Positions 1 to 8,571 of a stretch of DNA of 21,222 nucleotides are shown one piece after another. The stretch covers positions 1-21,222 of the forward strand of contig JALUZX010000628.1 in NCBI GenBank assembly GCA_027011425.1, given 5' to 3'. Made by a program: the position numbers and the translations under genes. The DNA comes from Planctomycetota bacterium (lineage in GTDB: Bacteria > Planctomycetota > UBA1135 > JALUZX01). Below the pieces are notes generated by a model. The model saw nothing but the letters and a program-made list of their open reading frames with translations, was not told the DNA's origin and ran no database searches. Every line of letters begins with the position of its first letter. Within the stretch, counting starts at the first letter, position 1.

Positions 1-1
1 G

Positions 2-907
2 GGCCCCAACCGGGTGGGGCCCTGGGGCCTTCTCCAGTCCCTGGCGGACACGCTCAAGCTCCTCTCCAAGGAGGACCTGGTCCCCAGGGCGGCCGACGCG
101 GTCCTCTTCGTCCTGGCCCCGGCGGTGGTGATGGCCTCGGCCCTGGGGGCCTTTACGGCCCTTCCCTTCTCCCGGGACGGCGTGGCGGCGGACATGCCGC
201 TGGGGATCTACCTGATCATGGCCATGCTGGCCCTCTCGGTGCTCGGCGTGGTCATGGCCGGGTGGGCCTCCAACAACAAGTGGTCCGTTCTCGGCGCCAT
301 GCGCGAGGCCGCCCAGATGATCGCCTACGAGATCCCCATCGGTCTCCTGGTGCTCTCGGCCGTGGTCTGGTACGGGTCCCTGAACCTCGGCGTGATGGCG
401 GAGAAACAGGCGGGCGGGTGGCTGAACGTGGGCCACTGGTTCGTCTTCCACAATCCGCTCTTCGCGATTCCCGGGTTCCTGATCTTCTATATCTCCATCC
501 TGGCCATGACCAAGAGGCTTCCCTTCGACCTTCCCGAGGGCGAGTCGGAGCTGGTGGCCGGGTTCATGACGGAATACTCGGGGATGCGCTGGTCCTTCTT
601 CTTCATGGAGGAATACGGCGCCATGTTCATCACGAGCGCCGTGGCCGTCCTGATCTTTCTGGGCGGATGGAACCTTCCCTTCGTCCCGGGGGAGTGGCTC
701 ACGGGTTCGTTCTTCGGCCAGCTCGTCGCCGCCGGGGTGATGTTCGGAAAGGCCCTCGTCCTGGTCCTGGTGATGATCTGGATCCGCTGGACCTGGCCCA
801 GGCTCCGCGTCGACCAGGTGACGGCCCTTTGTTACAAGTACCTTACGCCCCTGGCATTCATTTGCCTCCTGGGGACTTGTCTTTGGAAATACGCCTTCAG
901 GATGTAG
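2..907 (+). CDS. nuoH: NADH-quinone oxidoreductase subunit H (complex I membrane subunit), 5'-partial; reading frame enters from the window edge
   Basis: Polytopic membrane protein whose sequence (GPWGLLQSLADTLKLLSKED..., PFDLPEGESELVAGF, EYSGMRWSFFFMEEY) matches the NuoH/ND1 family. It is followed in canonical order by nuoI-N, and the ORF continues upstream of position 14 in the same frame. Confidence 0.88.
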   Translation, partial: GPNRVGPWGLLQSLADTLKLLSKEDLVPRAADAVLFVLAPAVVMASALGAFTALPFSRDGVAADMPLGIYLIMAMLALSVLGVVMAGWASNNKWSVLGAMREAAQMIAYEIPIGLLVLSAVVWYGSLNLGVMAEKQAGGWLNVGHWFVFHNPLFAIPGFLIFYISILAMTKRLPFDLPEGESELVAGFMTEYSGMRWSFFFMEEYGAMFITSAVAVLIFLGGWNLPFVPGEWLTGSFFGQLVAAGVMFGKALVLVLVMIWIRWTWPRLRVDQVTALCYKYLTPLAFICLLGTCLWKYAFRM

Positions 908-911
908 GCCC

Positions 912-1466
912 ATGACGACTACAGCCGGGGCAGGACTTTCGGGTTACCTCAGAAACATCTGGACGGGCTTCTGGTCCTGCCTGTCCGGGATGGGGATCAC
1001 GTGGAAATACTTCTGGAAAAAGCCCGTGACCTACGAGTATCCCGAGACCAGGGAGGCCGCCTCCTACGGTGAGGGTCTCCCGGCGGGGCCCCCTTCCTTC
1101 GGGGTGGCCGAGCGCTACCGGGGGATCCACAGGCTCGAACAGGACCTCTGCATCTTCTGCATGGGCTGCAAGCGGGCCTGCCCGGTGGACTGCATCGAGA
1201 TCGAGGCCGCCCGCAAGCCGGGAAAGGTCCTGGATTGGAAGAGCTTCCGGATCGATTACGGGCTCTGCCTCTTCTGCGGGCTCTGCGTGGAGGCCTGCCC
1301 CAGGTCCTGCCTGGACATGGGCAACGAATACAGCCTGGTTCGTTTCGAGGGCTCCGACCTCACCCTGGAACTCCTGGGCTGGAAAGGGTTGCGGGAGAAG
1401 GACCTGGAGGCGATCCGGGCGGCTGAGGAGAAGGCCAAGAAGAAGAACGAGGAGGGGGGATCATGA
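912..1466 (+). CDS. nuoI: NADH-quinone oxidoreductase subunit I (2x[4Fe-4S] ferredoxin-type)
   Basis: Two CxxCxxCxxxCP motifs (CIFCMGCKRACP, CLFCGLCVEACP). ATG lies 4 nt after the nuoH TAG, and the position between nuoH and nuoJ is canonical. Confidence 0.9.
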   Translation: MTTTAGAGLSGYLRNIWTGFWSCLSGMGITWKYFWKKPVTYEYPETREAASYGEGLPAGPPSFGVAERYRGIHRLEQDLCIFCMGCKRACPVDCIEIEAARKPGKVLDWKSFRIDYGLCLFCGLCVEACPRSCLDMGNEYSLVRFEGSDLTLELLGWKGLREKDLEAIRAAEEKAKKKNEEGGS

Positions 1467-1987
1467 CGGCCGAGTTCCTCGCCTTCCTGGTGGTGGCCGC
1501 CGCTGCGGTAAGCGGCGCCTTGATCACCCTCTGGAGCAAGTCCATCGTGCGCTCCGCCTTCGGGTTGATCCTGGCCTTTCTCGGCGTGGCGGGCGTATAC
1601 GCCCTGCTTGGTTGCGCCTTCCTGGCCATCACCCAGCTCGTGGTCTACGTGGGCGGCGTTGTGGTCCTCTACCTCTTCGGCGTCATGCTCACCCCGCCCG
1701 ACCTGGAGGAGAGGCGCGCATCGAGGGTGAGCTTCTGGGCGGCTCTCGGGCTGGTTTCCCTGGTTCTCTTCTCCATCAGTCTTTTCGGGACCAGGCTTCC
1801 CTCCTCCCAGGGCAAGCCCATGGGGGACGCCGCCGGGATCGGCGAGGCCCTGCTCACCAGGGACGCCTACCTGCTTCCCTTCGAGATCGCCTCGATCCTG
1901 CTTCTCGTGGTGCTCGTCGGGGCGGTCCACCTGGCGCGGCGCGAGAAGAAGAAGGCCCAAGAGAACGCGGAAGGAGAAGAGGCATGA
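1463..1987 (+). CDS. nuoJ: NADH-quinone oxidoreductase subunit J
   Basis: Small hydrophobic protein in the canonical slot. ATG overlaps the nuoI stop (ATGA), and a GGAGGGGGGA Shine-Dalgarno sits upstream. Confidence 0.85.
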   Translation: MTAEFLAFLVVAAAAVSGALITLWSKSIVRSAFGLILAFLGVAGVYALLGCAFLAITQLVVYVGGVVVLYLFGVMLTPPDLEERRASRVSFWAALGLVSLVLFSISLFGTRLPSSQGKPMGDAAGIGEALLTRDAYLLPFEIASILLLVVLVGAVHLARREKKKAQENAEGEEA

Positions 1988-2298
1988 CCGTTCCCCTGGT
2001 CTGGTATGTCTTCCTGGCCTTGATTCTCTTCACCATCGGCCTTGTGGTGATCGTCTCCAGGCACAACCTGATCTACACCCTGATGGGCGTGGAGTTGATC
2101 CTCAACGGGGCCAACATCAACTTCATCGCCTTCGCCAGGGCCCTGGGGGGGAAGTATCCCATCGCGGGAAACATCTTCTCCATTTTCGTGATCGTTCTGG
2201 CCGCGGCGGAGGCCGCCGTGGCACTGGCCATCGTCTTGCACGTCTTCGGGCATTTCGGCTCGGTCCGGCCCGAGGACCCCAACATGCTCAGGGAGTGA
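1984..2298 (+). CDS. nuoK: NADH-quinone oxidoreductase subunit K
   Basis: 104-aa three-TM protein (MTVPLVWYVFLALILFTIGL...LMGVELILNGANINF) typical of NuoK/ND4L. ATG at 1984 overlaps the nuoJ TGA. The ORF track shows it only as the tail of a longer spurious frame (1069..2298). Confidence 0.9.
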   Translation: MTVPLVWYVFLALILFTIGLVVIVSRHNLIYTLMGVELILNGANINFIAFARALGGKYPIAGNIFSIFVIVLAAAEAAVALAIVLHVFGHFGSVRPEDPNMLRE

Positions 2299-2331
2299 CG
2301 CCGTGGAAGGAGCATTCACCTCGGGGATCTC

Positions 2332-4440
2332 TTGGAGTCGGGGATAGGAATGGACTGGCACACCTTCACAACCGTGGACTTCGCCTGGATGCTGGCCATC
2401 CCGGCCCTTCCCCTGGCGGCCTTCGTCATCCAGATCTTCTTCGGGCGCTGGCTTCCGAGGAAGGGGGACTGGGTCCCCACCACGGCCATGGGCTTCGCCC
2501 TGGTCCTGGCGGTGGGGTTCTTTCTCAAGGCCATGGGGATCTTCGATCCCACCCTCTATATCCAAAGTAGTAATCCCCCTCCCGGGGAGACCGGGCTCTC
2601 CCTGGCCTGGCTCTTCGGGAACGCCCCGAGCGGCGCCCCCAACATCGTCTTCAGCGTCCTCTTCGACAACCTGACGGCGGTGATGCTCGTCGTGGTGACC
2701 GGGGTCTCCTTCCTGGTCCACGTCTACTCCATCGGCTACATGGAAGGGGACAAGCGCTACGGCAGGTTCTTCGCCTACCTGGCCCTCTTCTCCTTCTCCA
2801 TGCTGGGCCTGGTGCTCTCGGGCAACCTGCTCTTCCTCATGGTCTTCTGGGAACTCGTGGGACTCACCTCCTACCTGCTCATCGGGTTCTGGTTCGAGAA
2901 GCCTTCCGCCGCCCACGCCGGGTTCAAGGCCTTCATCACCACGAGAATCGGCGACGTGGGGATGCTGCTGGGCTTCCTCATCATCTTCAAGCATTTCCAG
3001 ACCCTGGATATCGTCACGATCTTCCAGAAGCTGGGGGAGACCACGGGCGATTTCCAGCACTGGCCCGGATGGGTGACCGCGGCGGGACTCCTGGTCTTCT
3101 GCGGCGCCGTGGGCAAGTCGGCCCAGTTCCCCCTGCACATCTGGCTTCCCGACGCCATGGAGGGCCCAACCCCGGTCTCGGCCTTGATCCACGCCGCAAC
3201 CATGGTGGCCGCCGGCGTCTACCTGGTCGGCCGGTTCTACCTCTTCTTCTCCCCCTCGGCGCTCCTGGTGATCGCCATGGTGGGTTCCTTCACGGCGCTC
3301 TTCGCGGCGGTCATCGGGGTCTGCCAGTGGGACATCAAGCGGGTCCTGGCCTATTCCACGGTGAGCCAGCTCGGCTACATGATCGCCGCCCTGGGATGCG
3401 GGGCCTACTCGGCCGGGCTCATGCACCTGATGACCCACGCCTGGTTCAAGGCGGGCCTCTTCCTCCAGTCCGGTTCGGTGATCATCGGAATGCACCACGA
3501 ACAGGACATGCGGCACATGGGGGGGCTCCGGAAGAAGATGCCCATCACCTTCTGGACCATGCTGATCTGCACCCTGGCTCTATGCGGGATCCCGCTTTTC
3601 GCGGGCTTCTACAGCAAGGACGCTATCATCGCCGGCGCCATGCACGCCGCCGCCCACGGCGGCCCGGCCCTCTGGCTCTGGTATTTCCCGGCGATCGCCC
3701 TGGTCGTAGCGGCCGGCCTGACCTCCTTCTACATGTTCCGCCTGATCTTCCTCACCTTCTACGGGGAGCCGAGGTCGGAGCACGCCGAGCACGCCCACGA
3801 GACGCCCTGGACCATGACGGTCCCCCTGATGGTCCTGGCGGCCCTGGCGCTGTTTTCCGCCTCCCCCTGGATCTTCAACGGCGACGTCCTGGGCCACCAC
3901 CTCTGGTTCCCCCATGTCGTGGCCCATCCCGAAAAGGTGGAGGCCGGCCGGCTGGTGGTGGAGAAGGCGGCCGAGGAGCACGGCGTCCTTCCCCTGGTCA
4001 TGTCCATCCTCGTGGCCTTGGGCGGCATCTTCCTGGCCTGGGCCTTCTACTACAAGAAGTGGCTCAGCGCCGAGGAATGGGCCCGGAAGATGGGATGGTT
4101 CTATAAGGCCGTATACAACAAGTTCTACGTGGACGAGTTCGTGATGAAGTTCATCGTCCGGCCCGTGGTCTTCCACTGGAACGTGGCCTGCGCCGCCTTC
4201 GACAAGTATGTGATCGACGGGATCGTCAACGCCGTGGGGAGGGGCGGAGTGGAGGCTTCGGAGGGTTCGGGCTGGTTCGACAAGTATGTGATCGACGGAA
4301 TCGTCAACGCCGTGGGATTCACCGTCCAGGTCTTCGGGGGAATCGCCCGGCTCTTTCAGACAGGTTTTCTTGACCAGTATCTGGCCTTTACGGCGGCGGC
4401 GATCGCCCTGGGGGCCGTTCTGTTCTTCTTTTTCCTCTGA
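2332..4440 (+). CDS. nuoL: NADH-quinone oxidoreductase subunit L (antiporter-like); start could instead be the ATG at 2350
   Basis: 702-aa polytopic protein with Mrp-antiporter-like core motifs (WLPDAMEGPTPVSALIHAATMVAAGVYL) and the C-terminal FDKYVIDGIVNAVG motif region. Carries an internal in-frame 78-bp duplication (see repeat feature). Confidence 0.9.
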   Translation: MESGIGMDWHTFTTVDFAWMLAIPALPLAAFVIQIFFGRWLPRKGDWVPTTAMGFALVLAVGFFLKAMGIFDPTLYIQSSNPPPGETGLSLAWLFGNAPSGAPNIVFSVLFDNLTAVMLVVVTGVSFLVHVYSIGYMEGDKRYGRFFAYLALFSFSMLGLVLSGNLLFLMVFWELVGLTSYLLIGFWFEKPSAAHAGFKAFITTRIGDVGMLLGFLIIFKHFQTLDIVTIFQKLGETTGDFQHWPGWVTAAGLLVFCGAVGKSAQFPLHIWLPDAMEGPTPVSALIHAATMVAAGVYLVGRFYLFFSPSALLVIAMVGSFTALFAAVIGVCQWDIKRVLAYSTVSQLGYMIAALGCGAYSAGLMHLMTHAWFKAGLFLQSGSVIIGMHHEQDMRHMGGLRKKMPITFWTMLICTLALCGIPLFAGFYSKDAIIAGAMHAAAHGGPALWLWYFPAIALVVAAGLTSFYMFRLIFLTFYGEPRSEHAEHAHETPWTMTVPLMVLAALALFSASPWIFNGDVLGHHLWFPHVVAHPEKVEAGRLVVEKAAEEHGVLPLVMSILVALGGIFLAWAFYYKKWLSAEEWARKMGWFYKAVYNKFYVDEFVMKFIVRPVVFHWNVACAAFDKYVIDGIVNAVGRGGVEASEGSGWFDKYVIDGIVNAVGFTVQVFGGIARLFQTGFLDQYLAFTAAAIALGAVLFFFFL
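4198..4317 (+). repeat. In-frame tandem duplication inside the nuoL 3' region, period 78 bp; a 42-nt core (ttcgacaagtatgtgatcgacggRatcgtcaacgccgtggg) is present twice, at 4198-4239 and 4276-4317
   Basis: Direct comparison of the two segments gives 41/42 identical nt. They encode FDKYVIDGIVNAVG twice, separated by a Gly-rich linker GRGGVEASEGSGW. Confidence 0.9.
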
Positions 4441-4496
4441 CATCGTGAGGAAAGAGTGGGAACTGTAAACGAGAGCATCGGCAGGAGCTGACCGGA

Positions 4497-6065
4497 ATGC
4501 TTGGAGGAATCTTGAACCAGGTGGCGGGAGGAGAAGGCGGCATCCTTCTCTCGCTGATCACCTTCGTGCCCATCCTGGGGATGCTCGTGATCCTCTTCAT
4601 CCCCAAGAAACAGCACGACATCATCCGGACCATCGCGGGCGTGGCCACGGGAATCCCCTTGGCTCTCTCGATCCTGCTCTGGTTCCTCTTCGATCCGTCC
4701 AAGGGAGGGGCCACGGCGGAGGCCATGCAGTTCGTGGAACGCCACGCCTGGATTCCCACCTTCCACATCCAGTACTACCTGGGCGTGGACGGCCTCAGCG
4801 TCCCCCTGATCTTCCTGAACTGCCTGCTCCTTTTCATCGCCGTTCCTGCCTCGTGGAAGATCGAGAAGGGCGTCAAGGGCTATTTCATGCTCCTTCTCCT
4901 CCTGGAGACGGGCATCACGGGATGCTTCGTGGCCCTGGACTTCTTCCTCTTCTACATCTTCTGGGAACTCATGCTGCTCCCCATGTATTTCCTCATCGGC
5001 ATCTGGGGAGGGCCCAGGCGGGAATACGCGGCGATCAAGTTCTTCCTCTACACCCTGGCCGGCTCGGTCCTCATGCTGGTCGGGCTCGTGGCGGTCTACC
5101 TGATCTCCGCCAAGGAGGGCAACCCCACCTTCGACCTCATGGCGCTGGCCGAGATGGCCAGAAGCGGAAAGCTCGGCGCGAACTGGAGCGTGCTGGGCAT
5201 GGGCTTCAAGACCTGGCTCTTCTGGTTCCTGTTTGTCGCCTTCGCCATCAAGGTGCCCATCGTCCCCTTCCACACGTGGTTGCCCGACGCCCACGTTGAG
5301 GCCCCCACGCCGATCTCCGTGATCCTGGCCGGGATCCTCCTGAAGCTCGGGGGCTACGGGATGCTCAGGATCAACTTCCCCCTGGCCCCCGAAGCGTTCC
5401 GCCGTTTCGCCGTCGTCCTGGCCGTGATCGGGCTGGTGAGCATCGTCTACGGGGCCTTCGTGGCCATGGCCCAGAAGGACTTCAAGAAGCTCGTGGCCTA
5501 CAGCTCGGTGAGTCACATGGGCTACGTCCTCCTGGGATTCGGGTCCCTGGCCCTCCTGGGCTTCGCCGGGGGCGCTTTCCAGATGTTCGCCCACGGCACC
5601 TCGTCGGCCATGATGTTCTTGATCGTGGGCGTTATCTACGACAGGGCCCACCACAGGGACCTGAACCGGTTCGGCGGATTGGGGTCCCGGATGCCCTACT
5701 ACGCCGGCCTCGCCTCGGTGGGTTTCTTCGCGGCCCTGGGCCTTCCCAGCATGTCCGGGTTCGTGGCCGAATTCCTCACGCTGATCGGGGCATACGAGGG
5801 GGACCACACCAGGTGGATGGTGCTCATCGCCATCGTGGGCGTGGTGATCACCGCGGCCTACATCCTCTGGACGATCCAGCGGGTCTTCCTGGGCCCCATG
5901 AAGAACGAGGAATACAAGAAGTTCCCCGACATCAGCCTGCGGGAGGCCATCTGCCAGGCCCCCCTGGGGCTCTTGTGCATCCTTTTCGGCGTTTTGCCCT
6001 TCCTCCTGCTGGACACGATGAGGCCCTCCCTCGAGGGGCTCATGGGCGTTCTCGGGCTCAAGTGA
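4497..6065 (+). CDS. nuoM: NADH-quinone oxidoreductase subunit M (antiporter-like)
   Basis: 522-aa polytopic protein with the NuoM/ND4 pattern (WLPDAHVEAPTPISVILAGILLKLGGYG) in the canonical position. GGCAGGAG lies upstream of the ATG. Confidence 0.9.
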   Translation: MLGGILNQVAGGEGGILLSLITFVPILGMLVILFIPKKQHDIIRTIAGVATGIPLALSILLWFLFDPSKGGATAEAMQFVERHAWIPTFHIQYYLGVDGLSVPLIFLNCLLLFIAVPASWKIEKGVKGYFMLLLLLETGITGCFVALDFFLFYIFWELMLLPMYFLIGIWGGPRREYAAIKFFLYTLAGSVLMLVGLVAVYLISAKEGNPTFDLMALAEMARSGKLGANWSVLGMGFKTWLFWFLFVAFAIKVPIVPFHTWLPDAHVEAPTPISVILAGILLKLGGYGMLRINFPLAPEAFRRFAVVLAVIGLVSIVYGAFVAMAQKDFKKLVAYSSVSHMGYVLLGFGSLALLGFAGGAFQMFAHGTSSAMMFLIVGVIYDRAHHRDLNRFGGLGSRMPYYAGLASVGFFAALGLPSMSGFVAEFLTLIGAYEGDHTRWMVLIAIVGVVITAAYILWTIQRVFLGPMKNEEYKKFPDISLREAICQAPLGLLCILFGVLPFLLLDTMRPSLEGLMGVLGLK

Positions 6066-6080
6066 CGGTAGGGAGAGTCC

Positions 6081-7787
6081 ATGAGTCAGCTTCAGGCATA
6101 CATTAAGGATCTGGGTTGGATCGGGCCGGAACTGGTTCTGGCCGCGACGGCCCTGGTGGTCCTGCTGGTGGAACTCTACCGGCGGGGCCGCAAGTCCGGC
6201 TGGTCCCTGGGGCTGGCCCTGGTGATCACCCTGGCCGCCGGGTTCGGGCTCTCCTGGCTGGGGAGGACTTTCTCGGCCGCCCTGGGAAGGCCCGTGGACC
6301 TGCGCCTGGACGTGGCGGTCCTGGGGCTGGTCTACGTGCTCGTCACCATGGGGGACCTCTGGTTCAAGGGGGACAAGTGGGACCGCCTCGTGCCCGGGCT
6401 GGTGGTCCTGGCCGGGACCCTGCTGGCCGGGTATTACGCCGTGGGCCTCATGTCCGCCCTCTCAGCCGACCCCAAGGGGACGAGCGTCTTCGGGCTCCAG
6501 CTCGTGGACTCCTACTCGGTCTACTTCAAGCTCCTGGCCCTGGTCTCGCTTTTGGTGGTGACCCTTTTCACCATGAACTACCGCGACCTGAAGCGGGGGT
6601 TCGGCGAGTATTACCTCTGCCTTGTGGGCGCCCACCTGGGGATCATGTTTTTGGTGAGCAGCAATCACCTGCTTCTCATCTACCTGGGCCTCGAGACGCT
6701 TTCCTTGAGTTCCTACCTGCTCGCGGGTTTCCGCAAGGAGGATCCCCGCTCCGCCGAGGCGGCGGTGAAATACGTGATCTACGGGGGCGTGGCCAGCGCC
6801 ATCATGCTCTTCGGGTTTTCCCTGATCTTCGGGCTGGGCGGTTCCCTGGACCTGGTGGAGATCGGGCGCCACCTGGCCGGCACGGCCCAGGGGTCCAACC
6901 GGGTGCTCGTAGGCCTGGGCATGGCCTGCACCTTGGGAGGACTCTCCTACAAGATCGCCGCCGTGCCCTTCCACTTCTGGTGTCCCGATGTCTACGAAGG
7001 CGCCCCCACGCCGGTGACGACCTTCCTTGCCGTGGCCAGCAAGGCCGCGGGTTTCGCCGTGATCGTCCGGATCGTGGCCGTCCTGGGGCAGGGCCCGGGA
7101 TGGCTGGAGAAGGTCACCTCGCTCATGGCCGTGGCCTCGGCCTTGAGCATGACCTACGGAAACCTGGGGGCCCTCCACCAGACCAACGTGAAGAGGCTTC
7201 TCGCCTACTCATCGATCGCCCACGTGGGCTACATTCTCATGGCCGTGGCGGCCCTCTTCGGCGCCGCCACCGCGGGGGAGGGTGGGACCTTCCACGTCGA
7301 TCCCAGGGCTGCGGAGTCGATCCTCTACTACTTGGGAGCGTATATGATCATGAACCTCGGCGCCTTCGGCGCGGTCATCTACATCGCCAAGAGCGCCGGT
7401 TCGGAGGACATGGACGACTGGTGGGGCCTGGGGTGGAAACTGCCCGTGGTCTCGGGGGTCCTGGTGATCTTCCTCTTGTCCCTTACGGGAATCCCGCCGA
7501 CGGTGGGGTTCTACGGGAAGTGGCTCCTCTTCCGGACGGCCATCGCCGGGGGGTTCCTCTGGCTCGCCGTATTGGCCGCCGTCAACACGGTGTTTTCCCT
7601 TTTCTATTATTTCAAGGTGGCCAAGGTCCTCTTCCTGAAGCCCGCCGAGGAGAGCCGGGGCGTGACCGTCCGCCCCGCCGCCGTGATGGCCGTGGTCCTG
7701 GTGGCCCTGGGCCTCCTCACCCTCTTCTTCGGAGTCCTGCCCTCCGCCCTGGAAAGCCTGGCCGGCGCCTCCGCCGCGGCCTTGTAG
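6081..7787 (+). CDS. nuoN: NADH-quinone oxidoreductase subunit N (antiporter-like)
   Basis: 568-aa polytopic protein with the NuoN/ND2 pattern (FHFWCPDVYEGAPTPVTTFLAVASKAAGF). A GGGAGAG Shine-Dalgarno lies 6-7 nt before the ATG, and it is the last gene of the canonical nuo order. Confidence 0.9.
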   Translation: MSQLQAYIKDLGWIGPELVLAATALVVLLVELYRRGRKSGWSLGLALVITLAAGFGLSWLGRTFSAALGRPVDLRLDVAVLGLVYVLVTMGDLWFKGDKWDRLVPGLVVLAGTLLAGYYAVGLMSALSADPKGTSVFGLQLVDSYSVYFKLLALVSLLVVTLFTMNYRDLKRGFGEYYLCLVGAHLGIMFLVSSNHLLLIYLGLETLSLSSYLLAGFRKEDPRSAEAAVKYVIYGGVASAIMLFGFSLIFGLGGSLDLVEIGRHLAGTAQGSNRVLVGLGMACTLGGLSYKIAAVPFHFWCPDVYEGAPTPVTTFLAVASKAAGFAVIVRIVAVLGQGPGWLEKVTSLMAVASALSMTYGNLGALHQTNVKRLLAYSSIAHVGYILMAVAALFGAATAGEGGTFHVDPRAAESILYYLGAYMIMNLGAFGAVIYIAKSAGSEDMDDWWGLGWKLPVVSGVLVIFLLSLTGIPPTVGFYGKWLLFRTAIAGGFLWLAVLAAVNTVFSLFYYFKVAKVLFLKPAEESRGVTVRPAAVMAVVLVALGLLTLFFGVLPSALESLAGASAAAL

Positions 7788-7887
7788 GCTTCAGTTGGAC
7801 TGCAGAGGGGAATCCGCCGGCGGTTGATTGGACCGGTGGAAGGAGCTAGCCTCTTATGTGAATCCTCAGGGTCGACAGGAGGCTGAA

Positions 7888-8571
7888 ATGCCTTTCGAAG
7901 AGGTGGAACTGGAGGCCCTATACGGCCCTCTCAACGAAACGGAGAAGAAAAACGCCCCGGCAACCCTTTTCGTGGCCGGGGACAAAGAACTCCTGCGCAG
8001 GGGAAGAAGGGTTTCCGTCGTCGGAACCAGGAAGCCTTCCGAGGAAGGCCGGAAAAGGGCGGAAAGATTCACCCGATTCCTGGTGGAAGAAGGGATCACC
8101 GTGGTGAGCGGGCTTGCCCAGGGCATCGACACCGTCGCCCACTGGACGGCGATCGAGTCGGGAGGGCGAACCATCGCCGTCCTGGGGACGCCCCTGGACA
8201 AGTGCTACCCGGCGAAGAACAGGGAACTACTGGAAAGAATCATGCGGGAACACCTGGCCGTTTCCCAGTTTCCCCCGGGTTCTCCCGGGGGCAGGCGTTG
8301 TTTCCCCATGCGGAACCGTACCATGGCCCTTCTTTCGGACGCTACGGTCATCATCGAGGCGGGGGATGGAAGCGGGACCCTTCACCAGGGGTGGGAAGCT
8401 CTTCGGTTGGGCCGGCTTCTTTTTCTGGCGGAGTCTCTTACCAAAGACCCCTCTGTGAAGTGGCCCGCTGAAATGATCCATTACGGGGCCCAGGTTTTGT
8501 CCGACACAAAACATTTTCTCGACCTTCTCCCCGAGATTGGGCGGAACGAGGTCGCCGATCTTGATTTCTAA
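7888..8571 (+). CDS. DprA/Smf-family Rossmann-fold domain protein (DNA-processing protein A-like, domain-minimal). Likely start is the ATG at 7888 with an AGGAGG Shine-Dalgarno; the ORF track starts it at an upstream TTG (7828)
   Basis: Motifs VVSGLAQGIDTVAH, IAVLGTPLDKCYPAKNRELLERI, FPMRNRTMALLSDATVIIEAGDGSGTLHQG and LRLGRLLF reproduce the conserved blocks of the DprA Rossmann domain (GxARGID..AH; VLGtGlD..YP..N; RNRIiaglS..vVvEA...SGsL). At ~227 aa it has no room for the N-terminal SAM-like or C-terminal winged-helix domains. Confidence 0.7.
   Translation: MPFEEVELEALYGPLNETEKKNAPATLFVAGDKELLRRGRRVSVVGTRKPSEEGRKRAERFTRFLVEEGITVVSGLAQGIDTVAHWTAIESGGRTIAVLGTPLDKCYPAKNRELLERIMREHLAVSQFPPGSPGGRRCFPMRNRTMALLSDATVIIEAGDGSGTLHQGWEALRLGRLLFLAESLTKDPSVKWPAEMIHYGAQVLSDTKHFLDLLPEIGRNEVADLDF

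Noticed and set aside
1069-2298. 409-aa + strand ORF spanning nuoI/nuoJ
   Set aside because: Only its last 104 codons (1984-2298) are real, as nuoK with an ATG overlapping the nuoJ stop. The upstream 300 codons are an alternative frame of nuoI/nuoJ with R/G/P/S-rich nonsense.
4125-4322. 65-aa minus-strand ORF containing an internal repeat (TALTIPSITYLS twice)
   Set aside because: It is simply the reverse-strand reading of the 78-bp tandem duplication inside nuoL, not an independent gene.
4198-4353. Possibility that the direct repeats form a CRISPR array
   Set aside because: There are only two copies, they are in-frame inside a conserved coding region, the repeat is not palindromic and no cas genes are present. 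It is a coding tandem duplication.
1867-7849. Long minus-strand ORFs (1867..3516, 3580..4443, 4356..5807) and the + strand frame-shifted ORF 6116..7849 within the nuo region
   Set aside because: They are antisense or off-frame to nuoL, nuoM and nuoN, and their translations are charged low-complexity sequence. The nuo proteins are unambiguous.
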